From the NCBI GenBank assembly GCA_948433295.1, contig CAOJDT010000001.1:1869-65868 (forward strand): a stretch of DNA of 64,000 nt, read 5' to 3'. Numbering within the stretch: position 1 is the stretch's first letter; the number at the start of each line of letters is the position of its first letter. This document shows, one piece after another, positions 7,704 through 17,920 of this stretch. The notes under the pieces were generated by a model. The model saw only the letters and a program-made list of their open reading frames with translations. It did no database searches and was not told the origin of the DNA. Source of the DNA: an uncultured bacterium (GTDB lineage: Bacteria > Cyanobacteriota > Vampirovibrionia > Gastranaerophilales > Gastranaerophilaceae). Position numbers and translations under genes: made by a program.

Positions 7704-9470
7704 TTAGTGTTGTTTATATACGTTTCTTGTATAATTTTCTATCTTAGGGGTGTCTATTTCAAAGACGTGAATTCTCGCAGGTCCAAGGTCGACCCGTAAT
7801 TCGTCATTCACTGCCTGAAAAATACTTTCTTTTCCGTATGAAGGGAGAAGATTTTTTAGTTTTTGTGATTCTTTAAGAGTAGGAATTTTCACTCTGCAAG
7901 CAACACCACGGTTAACGTTTTTGTTTGCCAGTACAAGAAGGGTTCTGCCTTGATAGTGTCTTGCGTACGCGATAATCTGGTCGTTTTTATCATCAACTTT
8001 GTCAAGTTCAATAAACGTACCGTCAGGTCCGACGATATCAGCATAATCTTCTCTCAATTGATTTGCAGACTGAAGGAATGAGCGAATTGATTCATCATTA
8101 CCTCCGGGTTTTCTTGACGCGTTAAAGATATCAAGTCTTCCGCGGTGAACGGTCATTTCGTGGTTATCGGTTTCTGTTTCGGGATTATAGGAATCCTCAT
8201 AAGGATAGAGATAGTAATCTCCGTTTTGGAATCCGTCTACCTGATACATATTAAGCATAGGTAATGTAGCCTGAAGCCCTGCTGTCATTTTGCAATAGTC
8301 TGCGCCTCCGTGAAACATCGGCGAGATATCATCGTGGGTAGCAAACGAACCTATAAGCGATTTACCCGGATCTAATCTGTACGACATATCAAGTTGTTCT
8401 TTTACGTAATTCATAAAGGTTTTGGCATTAGCCCATTCATGGAAAATGTGGTATTGCCCGTAAATTGCATCAAATCCCGCACGTAAAGAATCTTCAGGTC
8501 TGTCATAAGGCATATTTGCCTGAGGAGATGCGTCTTCATAGGTATAAGTTTCGGCAAGCCATGCAAATTCTCTGTCACGCATTCTTGAATAAGGTATGAT
8601 AATATCCCAGAATTCTACAGGTTTCGCTCTGGCTACATCGGCACGGATACCGTCAATACCTAAATCTATACACATATCAACAAATTGTTTGTGTAATTCC
8701 AAAAGTTTAGGATTCAAAGTACGTTTACCTTCATCCTGCCAAGGTTGAAACATTCTGATATCGTTCCATCCTTGCGGAGTTTTAGCAAGTCCGTCGCGTT
8801 CCATTGCCATCCATTCAGGGTGTTCAAGAAACATTTCATACGAAGCACAGCTTGGCAAGTCAATCATAACTCTGATTCCACGTTTGTGGCATTCGTCAAT
8901 AAAGACTTTAAACTGGTCTTTTGCACTACCCGGAGCGGAAGGGTCTCTTAAATTCGGGTCAATTTCAAGCAAATCTTTCGGAGAATACACCGACCCTGCC
9001 GTACCCATTGCTTTAACCTTACCCGGAGTATTTACGGGGAGAACGTGAAGGGTATTAAATCCATCAGCTTTTACTTCATCAAGCCTTTCGATTGCATTGA
9101 TAAAAGTTCCGCGCTGTTCGTTTCCGTCAATATAGCAGTTGCCGTTAGTATCTTTTGCATTGAATGTTCTGGGAATCATAGCAAGGATATTTGCCTGATT
9201 ATTTCTGAACATACTTCTCAAATTATTTCTGTAAACAATCTTTTTAGGAGCCTGAGTTTCCTGAACAGGTGCGGATTGTGTTATGGAATTTGTTTGCGCA
9301 GACTTAACCGCAGGTTTATTCATTGCCGCAAGATTTTCCAAATACGCAGCAAGCATGCCTGAACGATGCTGTTTTGTTGCAGCCAAATCGTCAGATTGAT
9401 TTGAAGAATTTACAGGAACCTTAGGCAATTTATTTATATGTTGTGATAATAAGTTAGTCGGTTGTATCAT
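7704..9470 (-). CDS. GH13 alpha-amylase-family glycoside hydrolase
   Basis: GIDGIRADVA (nucleophile region II), WLAETYT (region III) and SFATHDD (region IV). Long low-complexity N-terminus with no obvious signal peptide. Confidence 0.75.
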   Translation of the reverse strand: MIQPTNLLSQHINKLPKVPVNSSNQSDDLAATKQHRSGMLAAYLENLAAMNKPAVKSAQTNSITQSAPVQETQAPKKIVYRNNLRSMFRNNQANILAMIPRTFNAKDTNGNCYIDGNEQRGTFINAIERLDEVKADGFNTLHVLPVNTPGKVKAMGTAGSVYSPKDLLEIDPNLRDPSAPGSAKDQFKVFIDECHKRGIRVMIDLPSCASYEMFLEHPEWMAMERDGLAKTPQGWNDIRMFQPWQDEGKRTLNPKLLELHKQFVDMCIDLGIDGIRADVARAKPVEFWDIIIPYSRMRDREFAWLAETYTYEDASPQANMPYDRPEDSLRAGFDAIYGQYHIFHEWANAKTFMNYVKEQLDMSYRLDPGKSLIGSFATHDDISPMFHGGADYCKMTAGLQATLPMLNMYQVDGFQNGDYYLYPYEDSYNPETETDNHEMTVHRGRLDIFNASRKPGGNDESIRSFLQSANQLREDYADIVGPDGTFIELDKVDDKNDQIIAYARHYQGRTLLVLANKNVNRGVACRVKIPTLKESQKLKNLLPSYGKESIFQAVNDELRVDLGPARIHVFEIDTPKIENYTRNVYKQH

Positions 9471-9475
9471 ATTTT

Positions 9476-12067
9476 TTAACCCTTTTGGCTCCTTTCAGGC
9501 GGCTTGAGATGTCCGAAGAAGAATTGAGAAATAACCGTAACACCAAGCAATGCTCCTCCGATTGTACCGAAAATTTTCAGCCATTTTTGAGTATTATATT
9601 TTCTCATACCTATTTTTGAGAAAAGTTCGTCAGGCGCCATACCTAGAAGAAGGAATTTTCGTTCGGATGTTGCCTGAGAACCTGCATTAAATACAAAATG
9701 CTGTAATTTAGCAAAATAACTGGTATCGCCGATTTCTCCAAAAACAGCTTTTCTGTGAGTATTTAAACCTCTCATATTAGTGCTTGTGATAACACTTGCA
9801 GTATCAGGGTGAACAGGTTCTTCATAGAGTAATCTCATTGCCCGTCTGAAGAAATCTGAATCATAAGGAACATCAACTTTTTCAATATTCGGATTTTTTC
9901 CGTAATAGAGGTTATCGACTACGCCATCTTTTACTACGATACTTGAATAATCGTTCATATTCGGCCAAGGATTTCTCGGCATATAGAATTTGGTTTCAAA
10001 ATCAGAAATATGACCGTCTACTGCAATCTGTTTACACATCTCGGCAAGTTCTTCTCTAATTTCACGAGGCAATCCGTCATTCAGACTGTTTATGTTTGTT
10101 AAAGTTGCGATTCTACGATAGAAATCCATTGTATTAATTAATCGTTCGAAAGTACTTCTTACGCCGAGCAATCGGTTATTTGCGAAAGATTCCTGAAGAT
10201 TTTTAAGCGAACAATTACCTGTATATTTGCCATCATTGGATTTTGGTCCGACAAAATGTCTGACTGTATTTTCGAAATTTACTTTTTCTCCCGAAGGTGC
10301 TTCAATGCTTTCAAGAGCATGAGCTGCAGGGTCAAAAGTTTTTCTGATTCCGTCAATATAATCTTTAGGCAACGAACTTGTTTTGACCGTATCGTTAATT
10401 GAGTTAATCTTTTCACAAACAGCATTGAGGACTGTTGTGTATTCTTTGTCGTCAGACGCAATTTTTTCTATTTTGGTACGGAGAAGTTTTGTCATAACTT
10501 CTCTGTCCATTCTGGTATTTTTAATTTCTTCAGGAGTGAATTTGAAGATATCAATAAGGCTTTCTGCGACATCATTCCAGTAATTTGCAAGCCCTGTTTC
10601 CGGAGCGGAAGCAAATTTCATAAACGCATATTTGTCAAGAACATTAGAACGAGCCTTAAAATCAGTCATAACATTTGCAACATTCTTAAGAATAGATTGC
10701 GCTCTTGCATCGAGAGTTGCCGCAGGAGTTGACATCAAAACTTTAGAAATCGGAGCTTTTGACAATTTATCCGAAGTCAATGTATCAAGAATAATACTGC
10801 GTTCGATTCCGTTTCTGACAGGTTTTACAGGATTTGTTGAGTTGTAAGCATTTATGTTACCTCTCACAAGCATACTGAATTCATCAAGAATATCCTGCAT
10901 TGCAAGTTTATCGAAAGATTTTCCTTCAAATCCTTTTTCTTTAAGCATTTTTTGGATTTGTTGTTTATCAGGGATAACAGCATCAATAATCTCTTTATCA
11001 ATTTCAGCAATTTTCAATGCCTTTTTGGAATTCTCAATAATAGAATCGAGAGCGGTTGTTGAGATAACATAAGAATCTTTGCCATTCGATTTAAGAACTT
11101 TCATCAAATCTGCCTCAACGGCGTCGGTAGTCAAACCGTCAAGACCTTCGGTCAAGTCTTTTGCAAGAGTTTTAATCATCTTGTCATCAAGAGTTTTATC
11201 TTTGTGAAGTTCAATAAATGTATTTATATTATTAATAATTTTATTTGAAGAAAGTTTTTTTGCAGACTCTCCAAAGTGGTTCAGAATCTTATCGGCTTTT
11301 TTCATCTGCAAATCATTCAAGAATCTGCTTACATAAGGTTCAGCCTGGTTACAGATTAAAGCACTCATAACAGGAGTTGCGAACCCTGCCGTTAACATCC
11401 AGAGAGTATTGTTTTGAACTGCTATTTTGCGCATTTTTTCCTGAACAAAATCGCGTCGGTTTTCGATATCTCGAGGAACTCTTAATCTGTCACCTATTTT
11501 ATTGATTTCTTCATCAGAATATAAATCCCAAGGAATAAATTGAGGGTCTTGATAGAAATTTTTCTTTCTTCCTGCACTGTCTTCATACTGTTGGAAGATA
11601 TTCACGCCGTGAATAAGCTGTGCAGGCCATTGTATAGCGACTTTAGGCCAAATTGACATTGATGCTAGAAAAGAACCCAAACCGATAAATTCCATAGCTT
11701 TTGTCATAGGAGTTTGTTTTCTTGATGCAAGATAAGCCGCAAGTGACAGACCGCCAATCATAAGCCCTTTATCATTAAGTTTGCCGAGCTGGTGGTCATT
11801 TGCTTTTCCGTTATACCCATCTTTCAATGCTTTTATATCATAGGCAAAATCTCTTACGAACACGGCAGGAATATCGGTAATACCGGTTTTTACGAGTTTA
11901 CCTTCACCTGCTAACGGTTTGATAAAAGTTCTGTTTGCAAGTTCTCTGTGGATGTCAAAATTAGGTTTTGCTTTTTTAACATTAACAATTTCGACATCCT
12001 GAATTTTATTTGTTTGAGGCTGAGGTTTATTATAATTTTGCATGTAGGATTGAATCATATTTACCAT
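9476..12067 (-). CDS. Large hypothetical membrane protein (863 aa)
   Basis: Long uninterrupted ORF with internal and C-terminal TM helices. It is tightly packed between the 348-aa ORF (1-nt gap) and the GH13 gene (5-nt gap). Confidence 0.55.
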   Translation of the reverse strand: MVNMIQSYMQNYNKPQPQTNKIQDVEIVNVKKAKPNFDIHRELANRTFIKPLAGEGKLVKTGITDIPAVFVRDFAYDIKALKDGYNGKANDHQLGKLNDKGLMIGGLSLAAYLASRKQTPMTKAMEFIGLGSFLASMSIWPKVAIQWPAQLIHGVNIFQQYEDSAGRKKNFYQDPQFIPWDLYSDEEINKIGDRLRVPRDIENRRDFVQEKMRKIAVQNNTLWMLTAGFATPVMSALICNQAEPYVSRFLNDLQMKKADKILNHFGESAKKLSSNKIINNINTFIELHKDKTLDDKMIKTLAKDLTEGLDGLTTDAVEADLMKVLKSNGKDSYVISTTALDSIIENSKKALKIAEIDKEIIDAVIPDKQQIQKMLKEKGFEGKSFDKLAMQDILDEFSMLVRGNINAYNSTNPVKPVRNGIERSIILDTLTSDKLSKAPISKVLMSTPAATLDARAQSILKNVANVMTDFKARSNVLDKYAFMKFASAPETGLANYWNDVAESLIDIFKFTPEEIKNTRMDREVMTKLLRTKIEKIASDDKEYTTVLNAVCEKINSINDTVKTSSLPKDYIDGIRKTFDPAAHALESIEAPSGEKVNFENTVRHFVGPKSNDGKYTGNCSLKNLQESFANNRLLGVRSTFERLINTMDFYRRIATLTNINSLNDGLPREIREELAEMCKQIAVDGHISDFETKFYMPRNPWPNMNDYSSIVVKDGVVDNLYYGKNPNIEKVDVPYDSDFFRRAMRLLYEEPVHPDTASVITSTNMRGLNTHRKAVFGEIGDTSYFAKLQHFVFNAGSQATSERKFLLLGMAPDELFSKIGMRKYNTQKWLKIFGTIGGALLGVTVISQFFFGHLKPPERSQKG

Positions 12068-12068
12068 A

Positions 12069-13115
12069 CTAGTTCACCACATACTTTCTTGACTTTTCGA
12101 TAATATCAGCCGAATCCAGTTTTGACGGTTTTATATCGCTTGTCATTACGTTAACTACCCCTGCAACCGTACTCAATACAGCGGCACCCAGAAGCGCCTT
12201 TCCTGCATATTTACTCATACCGGTGCCTTCTCCTTTGTAAAAATCAGCGGCACTTTTGCCGAGAGTTTTGACAAATGTCAGGGCTGATTTTGCAAATTTT
12301 TCACCTTGCCAGAACTTCAATGTAGCTACATTAAAGAACTTGTCCCAACATTGTTGAACTGCAAGCCCTACACCTGTTGCTGCCCATAGATATGAAATTA
12401 TATTTTTTGCGGTTGCGGATTTAATTACAATTTCTCTGATTCTTGGTTTTGCTTCCTGATCGGAATCGTTAAGATTTTGTCCGAGTCCGAGTTTTTTTGC
12501 TATTTTGTCATAAGGTTCGTTGCGTGTTTTAGCGTTATCCTCTTTTCCGTACATCAAATCATATCGGATAAAATCAGCACTTTCTGAAACTTTATGATAT
12601 TCAATACTCGTAATATCCGTATCATTAATACTTTCAGGAAGTTCATACTGTACTTTTGCGTAAGGTTGTTCTGTATCAACACCTGTCATCCATTTTACAG
12701 GCTGAGTAATGAAATTTTTTGAGATATTTTTTGCGAGTCCGTAGAAAACAACGCCTAGCGCAAGACGTTTCCCGAGAGAAGAAGCGGCTTTTTTGTCAAA
12801 AGGCATGTAATATTTGTTTGCAGTATTAAATACTGCCATAAGCATTGCGCTTCCAACCAAATACGGAACGTTCCCCATTGTTAAAAATTCATAAAAATTC
12901 GCGTTTTTGCTCCCTTTTAAACCTTTTGCGGGATAAACGGTCATAGCGTTTGTCAGCTTGTCTATTCCTATACGCATACGGTTTGAAAAATTATTTTTCA
13001 AAACTGTGTCGTGGGTATAAGGAAGCTTGTTCTCTTCGCCGTTGTCAGAATTTTCCTCACGTTTGTTTGACGAAAATTTCAGGACGCTATTTCGATTTGT
13101 AATCGGTAATATCAT
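12069..13115 (-). CDS. Hypothetical membrane protein (348 aa), first gene of the GH13 operon
   Basis: Several TM helices. Abuts the 863-aa ORF. No recognisable family. Confidence 0.5.
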   Translation of the reverse strand: MILPITNRNSVLKFSSNKREENSDNGEENKLPYTHDTVLKNNFSNRMRIGIDKLTNAMTVYPAKGLKGSKNANFYEFLTMGNVPYLVGSAMLMAVFNTANKYYMPFDKKAASSLGKRLALGVVFYGLAKNISKNFITQPVKWMTGVDTEQPYAKVQYELPESINDTDITSIEYHKVSESADFIRYDLMYGKEDNAKTRNEPYDKIAKKLGLGQNLNDSDQEAKPRIREIVIKSATAKNIISYLWAATGVGLAVQQCWDKFFNVATLKFWQGEKFAKSALTFVKTLGKSAADFYKGEGTGMSKYAGKALLGAAVLSTVAGVVNVMTSDIKPSKLDSADIIEKSRKYVVN

Positions 13116-13312
13116 TTTTTCTCCACACGCAATTAGTCTGGTATTTTAAGGCTTGTCAAAAAAATTTTTTGCCACTTCGTACAGTTTAGTTTACATTTTT
13201 TTACATTAAAAGTAAATTAAATATTCCCCAAAGAAAATTATGAAAAAGCAGAATTTTGACACCTTAAGTTTAACAAAAACACTTTTTGATTTCAAGATGA
13301 TTATTTAGAAAC

Positions 13313-13442
13313 TTCAGTATAAGTTTACATTTGATATTGTAATATCGTCATGCCGAACTTGTTTCAGCATCTCCTTATTATGAGACCCTGAAACAAATTC
13401 AGGGTGACATATAGTTCTTATTAGATGTAAACTTATACTGAA
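13313..13442. repeat. 130-bp MITE-like palindromic element containing an inverted pair of REP-like 27-mers
   Basis: The outer 18-bp perfect inverted repeat is ttcagtataagtttacat (13313-13330) / atgtaaacttatactgaa (13425-13442). The inner units are gtcatgccgaacttgtttcagcatctc (13347-13373) and gagaccctgaaacaaattcagggtgac (13382-13408), in inverted orientation. Confidence 0.85.
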
Positions 13443-13448
13443 ATACCA

Positions 13449-14294
13449 TTATTTATAAATATAAAAGAAAATTGAAGTAAAAATTCCTGCCAGAATACAA
13501 TAATATCCGAAAAATGCAAGTGAAAATTTTGAAATAAATTTCATAAAATATTTTATACACAAATATCCCACAACACCGGAAACAAGTGTACCAACTAGAA
13601 TTGCCGTCCAATTAAAAGTCGCAACTTCGTGAAAATCAAGTTTTACAAAAGGATAAACCATTGAAGCCCCGAGAATTATGGGAATACTCAACAGGAAAGA
13701 ATATCTTGCGGCACTTGTTCTGTCCAACCCTGCAAACAATCCCGTTGCTATTGTCCAGCCCGAACGCGAAAACCCCGGAAGTGCGGCAAGCCCCTGCGCA
13801 AGTCCCATTAAAATCGAAGTTTTCAAGTCGATATTATCTTTTTTAGCCGCAACATGCTTTGATACATATTCACTGTATAAAAGAACAAAACCTGTTATAA
13901 ATAGCAAAACTCCAACAATTGAAGGCGAAAAAACAAGTCGTTCGGCAAAATCATGGAATGGGAGTGCAACCGCAAGAGTTAATACTGTACCAAGAATTAT
14001 ATAAAGTCCCAGTTTTGCCTCATTATCCGACCAATCTTTTGTCTTCAGAGCATGAACAAAGGCGCTCAAAATATTCATTATATCTTTACGAAAGAAAATC
14101 AATACTGCAATCAAAGTTCCCAAATGCACCATTATATCAAAGAACACTTCCTGTGAAGATTGTTCTTGTATCGGAACATTCGCAAACACTTTATAAAAAT
14201 TTGAAGTAAAAACAAGATGCGCAGAACTTGAAATCGGTAAAAACTCACTCAAGCCCTGAACTATTCCCATTAATATCGCCTGTATTAAATTCAT
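13449..14294 (-). CDS. uppP: Undecaprenyl-diphosphate phosphatase
   Basis: 281 aa, polytopic, with the QGLSEFLPISSSAHL and GFSRSG motifs of BacA/UppP. Confidence 0.9.
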   Translation of the reverse strand: MNLIQAILMGIVQGLSEFLPISSSAHLVFTSNFYKVFANVPIQEQSSQEVFFDIMVHLGTLIAVLIFFRKDIMNILSAFVHALKTKDWSDNEAKLGLYIILGTVLTLAVALPFHDFAERLVFSPSIVGVLLFITGFVLLYSEYVSKHVAAKKDNIDLKTSILMGLAQGLAALPGFSRSGWTIATGLFAGLDRTSAARYSFLLSIPIILGASMVYPFVKLDFHEVATFNWTAILVGTLVSGVVGYLCIKYFMKFISKFSLAFFGYYCILAGIFTSIFFYIYK

Positions 14295-14316
14295 TTTCTT
14301 TCTCGATTATTTCAAA

Positions 14317-14679
14317 CTAGTCTTCTTCAAAATAACTGCAGCATGAAGTTTGAGTTTCCCAAACAGTAATTTTGCTGAGCTGAACGATTTTTTCTTTTAA
14401 TTTGCTATAAATAAAAGCAGCAATCATTTCACTTGACGGACTTTCGTCTTTAAAATCCGGAAGTTCGTTGATATCTTTATGATCAAGCAAATCCAAAACC
14501 GCATTAAGTTCACGTTTAAGGACTTTATAATCAATCAAAATATTACTTTTATCAAGTGTTTCACCTTTAACAAAAGCTTCAACCATCCAGTTATGCCCGT
14601 GCTGATTTTCGCATTCGCCCTCATAATTCAACAAATGGTGGGCTGCTGAGAAAAAAGCTTGAGTTTTAATTTCGTACAT
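14317..14679 (-). CDS. queD: 6-carboxy-5,6,7,8-tetrahydropterin synthase
   Basis: 120 aa, FSAAHHL...CENQHGHNW motif of the PTPS/QueD family. Confidence 0.85.
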   Translation of the reverse strand: MYEIKTQAFFSAAHHLLNYEGECENQHGHNWMVEAFVKGETLDKSNILIDYKVLKRELNAVLDLLDHKDINELPDFKDESPSSEMIAAFIYSKLKEKIVQLSKITVWETQTSCCSYFEED

Positions 14680-14688
14680 AATCTCTCC

Positions 14689-15159
14689 TTAGTTACGGTT
14701 AAGTCTCAAAATACAATCACAGAATTCACGAACTGCACCGCAGCCGCCGTTTTTTTCGGATTCAAAATTAACGATGTCTTTGACTTCTTGAACCGCGTCT
14801 TTCGGACAACCTGCAAGTCCGGCTTTTTCAAGAATACAGATATCGGGAATATCGTCACCCATATAAGCAATCTGGTCATGGGTCAGATTATATTTTTGTA
14901 AAAGTTCTTCCATAACCTGAGCCTTGTCAGTTACTCCCTGATGAACTTCCATAATGTTTAAATCTTTTGCGCGTCTGTCTACTGCATGACAATTTCTTCC
15001 CGTAATAATAGCGGTAATTACACCCTCTTTGCTTAATTGTGAAAGTCCGTGACCGTCTTTAGCGTTAAAAGTTTTGTATTCCACGCCGTTTTCGTCATAA
15101 GTAATGCTTCCGTCTGTCATTACACCATCAACATCAAATGCTGCTAATTTTATACTCAT
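14689..15159 (-). CDS. kdsC: KDO 8-phosphate phosphatase (HAD-IIIA, YrbI family)
   Basis: FDVDGVMTDG, GDDIPD motifs, 156 aa. Adjacent to kdsD. Confidence 0.85.
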   Translation of the reverse strand: MSIKLAAFDVDGVMTDGSITYDENGVEYKTFNAKDGHGLSQLSKEGVITAIITGRNCHAVDRRAKDLNIMEVHQGVTDKAQVMEELLQKYNLTHDQIAYMGDDIPDICILEKAGLAGCPKDAVQEVKDIVNFESEKNGGCGAVREFCDCILRLNRN

Positions 15160-16130
15160 TATGCTACTCCTGCTTTTAATAAATCGTGAATATGTATAAC
15201 TCCGACAGGTTTGTTGTTTTCGTCAACAACCGCAAGAGCTGTAATGGAATATTTTTCCATAAGGTTAAGCGCGCTTGCACCGTATGAATTTGCGGTAATC
15301 CTTTTCGGTTCAACCGTCATAACGTCTTTTATAACGAGGTTTGAAGGATTTCCGTATTTCATAAGAGTTCTTCTGATATCACCATCGGTGAGAACCCCCG
15401 AAAGTTTTCCATTTAAATCAAGAATCATTGCCATACCGAGCTTGTGACTTGAAATAATTTCAACAACTTTACCGAAGCTGTCGCTTTCGTGAGCAACAGG
15501 CAAATCTTCTGTCTTCATTAAGTCTGAAACTCTGTACAAGAAACCTTTGCCGAGCGCACCTGACGGGTGGAAAACAAGAAAATCTTCTTCCGTAAATCCG
15601 CGTTTTTCTAACAAACAAACCGCGAGCGCATCACCCATTGCCAGAGTTGCGGTAGTTGAGGCAGTAGGAGCTTTATTCAAAGGACAAGCTTCTCTTTCAA
15701 CGGAAATATCCAGAACAACATCAGACGCCTGAGCGAGCGTTGATTCCATTTTTCCTGTCATACCAATCATAGAAACGCCAAAACGCTTAATCAGAGGAAG
15801 AAGGTTCAAAAGTTCCTGAGTTTCGCCGCTATTGGAAATAGCGATAATAACATCGTCTTTTGTAATAATACCGCTGTCACCGTGAGTACTTTCCGCAGGG
15901 TGAAGGAAGTATGAAGGAGTTCCTGTAGAAGAAAGCGTTGCCGCAATCTTTTTCCCGATTAAACCTGATTTCCCCATGCCTGTAACGATTACTCTGCCGC
16001 GGCAATTGAAAAGTATATCTATGGCTTTGTCAAAATTATCACCGATATTATCTTTCAGTCTCATAATAGACTTAGCTTCAATATCAAAAACTTCTTTAGC
16101 CAATTCATTAATTCTTGTTGTAGTCATCAT
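15159..16130 (-). CDS. kdsD: Arabinose-5-phosphate isomerase (SIS + tandem CBS)
   Basis: SIS motif VTGMGKSGLIGKK, a C-terminal CBS pair, and 1-nt overlap with kdsC. Confidence 0.85.
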   Translation of the reverse strand: MMTTTRINELAKEVFDIEAKSIMRLKDNIGDNFDKAIDILFNCRGRVIVTGMGKSGLIGKKIAATLSSTGTPSYFLHPAESTHGDSGIITKDDVIIAISNSGETQELLNLLPLIKRFGVSMIGMTGKMESTLAQASDVVLDISVEREACPLNKAPTASTTATLAMGDALAVCLLEKRGFTEEDFLVFHPSGALGKGFLYRVSDLMKTEDLPVAHESDSFGKVVEIISSHKLGMAMILDLNGKLSGVLTDGDIRRTLMKYGNPSNLVIKDVMTVEPKRITANSYGASALNLMEKYSITALAVVDENNKPVGVIHIHDLLKAGVA

Positions 16131-16223
16131 ATTTCCACCTCGTTTTAAAAATTATTATACACTAAAAGAATGAAATAAGGTCAATACATTAAATTTTATT
16201 ATCATTTTGACGTCGAAAAAACT

Positions 16224-16484
16224 ATGAAATTTATGAGTTTTAAAAAACACAATTCGGCGGAAATTCTTGAACGAATAGAGACATACATAAACGAATCCGA
16301 TTGCAAAGAAATGGGGATTGACATATCCTGCCTGAACATTTTTGACGCATCAAAAATATTACTGGTAACTTCGGCTCTTCATTACAGCAAATACCCTGAG
16401 GGAAAATTAAAATGTAAAGTTCAATCAGAGGGGATTAAAAATTTAATCGCGGGATTTTCTACGAGAAACCTTGAAATTGTGTAA
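16224..16484 (+). CDS. Hypothetical protein (86 aa)
   Basis: Isolated ORF followed by a hairpin (cttttatcc...ggataaaag). No recognisable family. Confidence 0.3.
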   Translation: MKFMSFKKHNSAEILERIETYINESDCKEMGIDISCLNIFDASKILLVTSALHYSKYPEGKLKCKVQSEGIKNLIAGFSTRNLEIV

Positions 16485-16528
16485 TATCTTGTACAAATCC
16501 TTTTATCCTAAATTTATCTGGGATAAAA

Positions 16529-16555
16529 GAGATTCTGAAACAAGTTCAGAATGAC
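16529..16555. repeat. REP-like palindromic 27-mer
   Basis: gagattctgaaacaagttcagaatgac. The self-complementary core is attctgaac/gttcagaat. It belongs to the same family as the copies at 13347, 13382 and 48551. Confidence 0.85.
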
Positions 16556-16580
16556 GTACCGGTTAGGATTTGACATACAC

Positions 16581-17897
16581 CTAGAACAAATACGCCGCAA
16601 GTATCGCAAAAATAATCAAAGGGATATTAAAATGCAAAAAAGTCGGGATACAGGTATCTGTAATATGATTATGCTGACCGTCCGCGTTTAAACCAGCAGT
16701 AGGACCCAGTGTCGTATCAGACGCAGGAGAACCCGCATCACCAAGCGCCGCCGCTGCCGCAAGAATTACAACCGTTGCAGCGGGTGAAAATCCTAAATGC
16801 GCGCAAACAGGAATAAACAACACAGCAAGTATAGGAATTGTGCCGAACGAAGTTCCGATTCCCATTGTTATAAACAACCCGAGAAAAAGCATTAAACTTA
16901 CGGCAATGAATCTGCTGTTCTGCATGAATGGAATTATGGATTGAACAAGAACCTCAATTCCTCCGGTTGATTTCAATACAAGAGCAAACCCTGCCGCCAC
17001 AAGCATTACAAAGGCAACATAGCCCATTAAACCTATGCCTTCGTTAATAAGTTTATCCATTTTTCTGTGGCTCACGGCACCGCCGCCAAAAACAATTCCC
17101 AATCCCACAAGCGCACCGAGCGGAAGTGATTTTGTCCATAATTGTACGATTAATGTTGCAAACGCACCGATTAAAGTTATGTAATGGTTTTTATTGAGTT
17201 TTAAGGATTCCGCATCTTCTTTTTCAAGTTCATTTTCAACAGGCTGAATATCATTATACTCTCGAGGTTTTCTATAAGAAATCAACACTGCAACCATAAG
17301 CCCGACAAACATTCCAAGCCCGAGAATCCAGGTAGACTTCCAAACATCACTTTTTAAAACATCCATGCCGTTAAGCGTCATATTCTCAGCAATTAAGCCC
17401 TGAAATATTAACCCGAAACCCGCAGGAATCATAATGTACGGAGCCTTTAAGCCAAACGCCAGCGCGCATGCAGCCGCACGCCTGTCTAGTTTAAGTTTAT
17501 TCATCACATGCAGCAAGGGCGGAATCAGTATCGGTATAAATGCAATATGCACCGGAATTAAGTTTTGCGAAAGCATAGCTATACCTGTCAAAATCGCAAG
17601 AAGCATAAACTTTTTATCTTTTATAATATTCGCGATTTTTCTTGCAAGAATTGTAGCCAGCCCCGTGTGCGTCATTGCCGCAGCAAAGGTTCCCAGAAGA
17701 ATATAACTGAGTGCGGTTTCGGAATTTCCGCCCATACCGGAAATAAAAGTCTCCATAATTTTATCAATCGGTAACCCGCTGACAATACCTGCCGTTATAG
17801 CAGAAATTATTATTGCCAAAAGCACGTTAATACGACATACGCAAAGTATACATAGTAAAATTACCGATACGACTACAGGATTGAATATTACTTCCAT
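16581..17897 (-). CDS. NhaC/YuiF-like Na+/H+ antiporter-family transporter
   Basis: 438 aa, about 11-12 TM helices. The N-terminal VNVLLAIIISAITAGIVSGL...GGNSETALSYILLGTFAAAM resembles the YuiF-type family. Confidence 0.55.
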   Translation of the reverse strand: MEVIFNPVVVSVILLCILCVCRINVLLAIIISAITAGIVSGLPIDKIMETFISGMGGNSETALSYILLGTFAAAMTHTGLATILARKIANIIKDKKFMLLAILTGIAMLSQNLIPVHIAFIPILIPPLLHVMNKLKLDRRAAACALAFGLKAPYIMIPAGFGLIFQGLIAENMTLNGMDVLKSDVWKSTWILGLGMFVGLMVAVLISYRKPREYNDIQPVENELEKEDAESLKLNKNHYITLIGAFATLIVQLWTKSLPLGALVGLGIVFGGGAVSHRKMDKLINEGIGLMGYVAFVMLVAAGFALVLKSTGGIEVLVQSIIPFMQNSRFIAVSLMLFLGLFITMGIGTSFGTIPILAVLFIPVCAHLGFSPAATVVILAAAAALGDAGSPASDTTLGPTAGLNADGQHNHITDTCIPTFLHFNIPLIIFAILAAYLF

Positions 17898-17920
17898 AAG
17901 CCGATTTTATCATAAACAAA

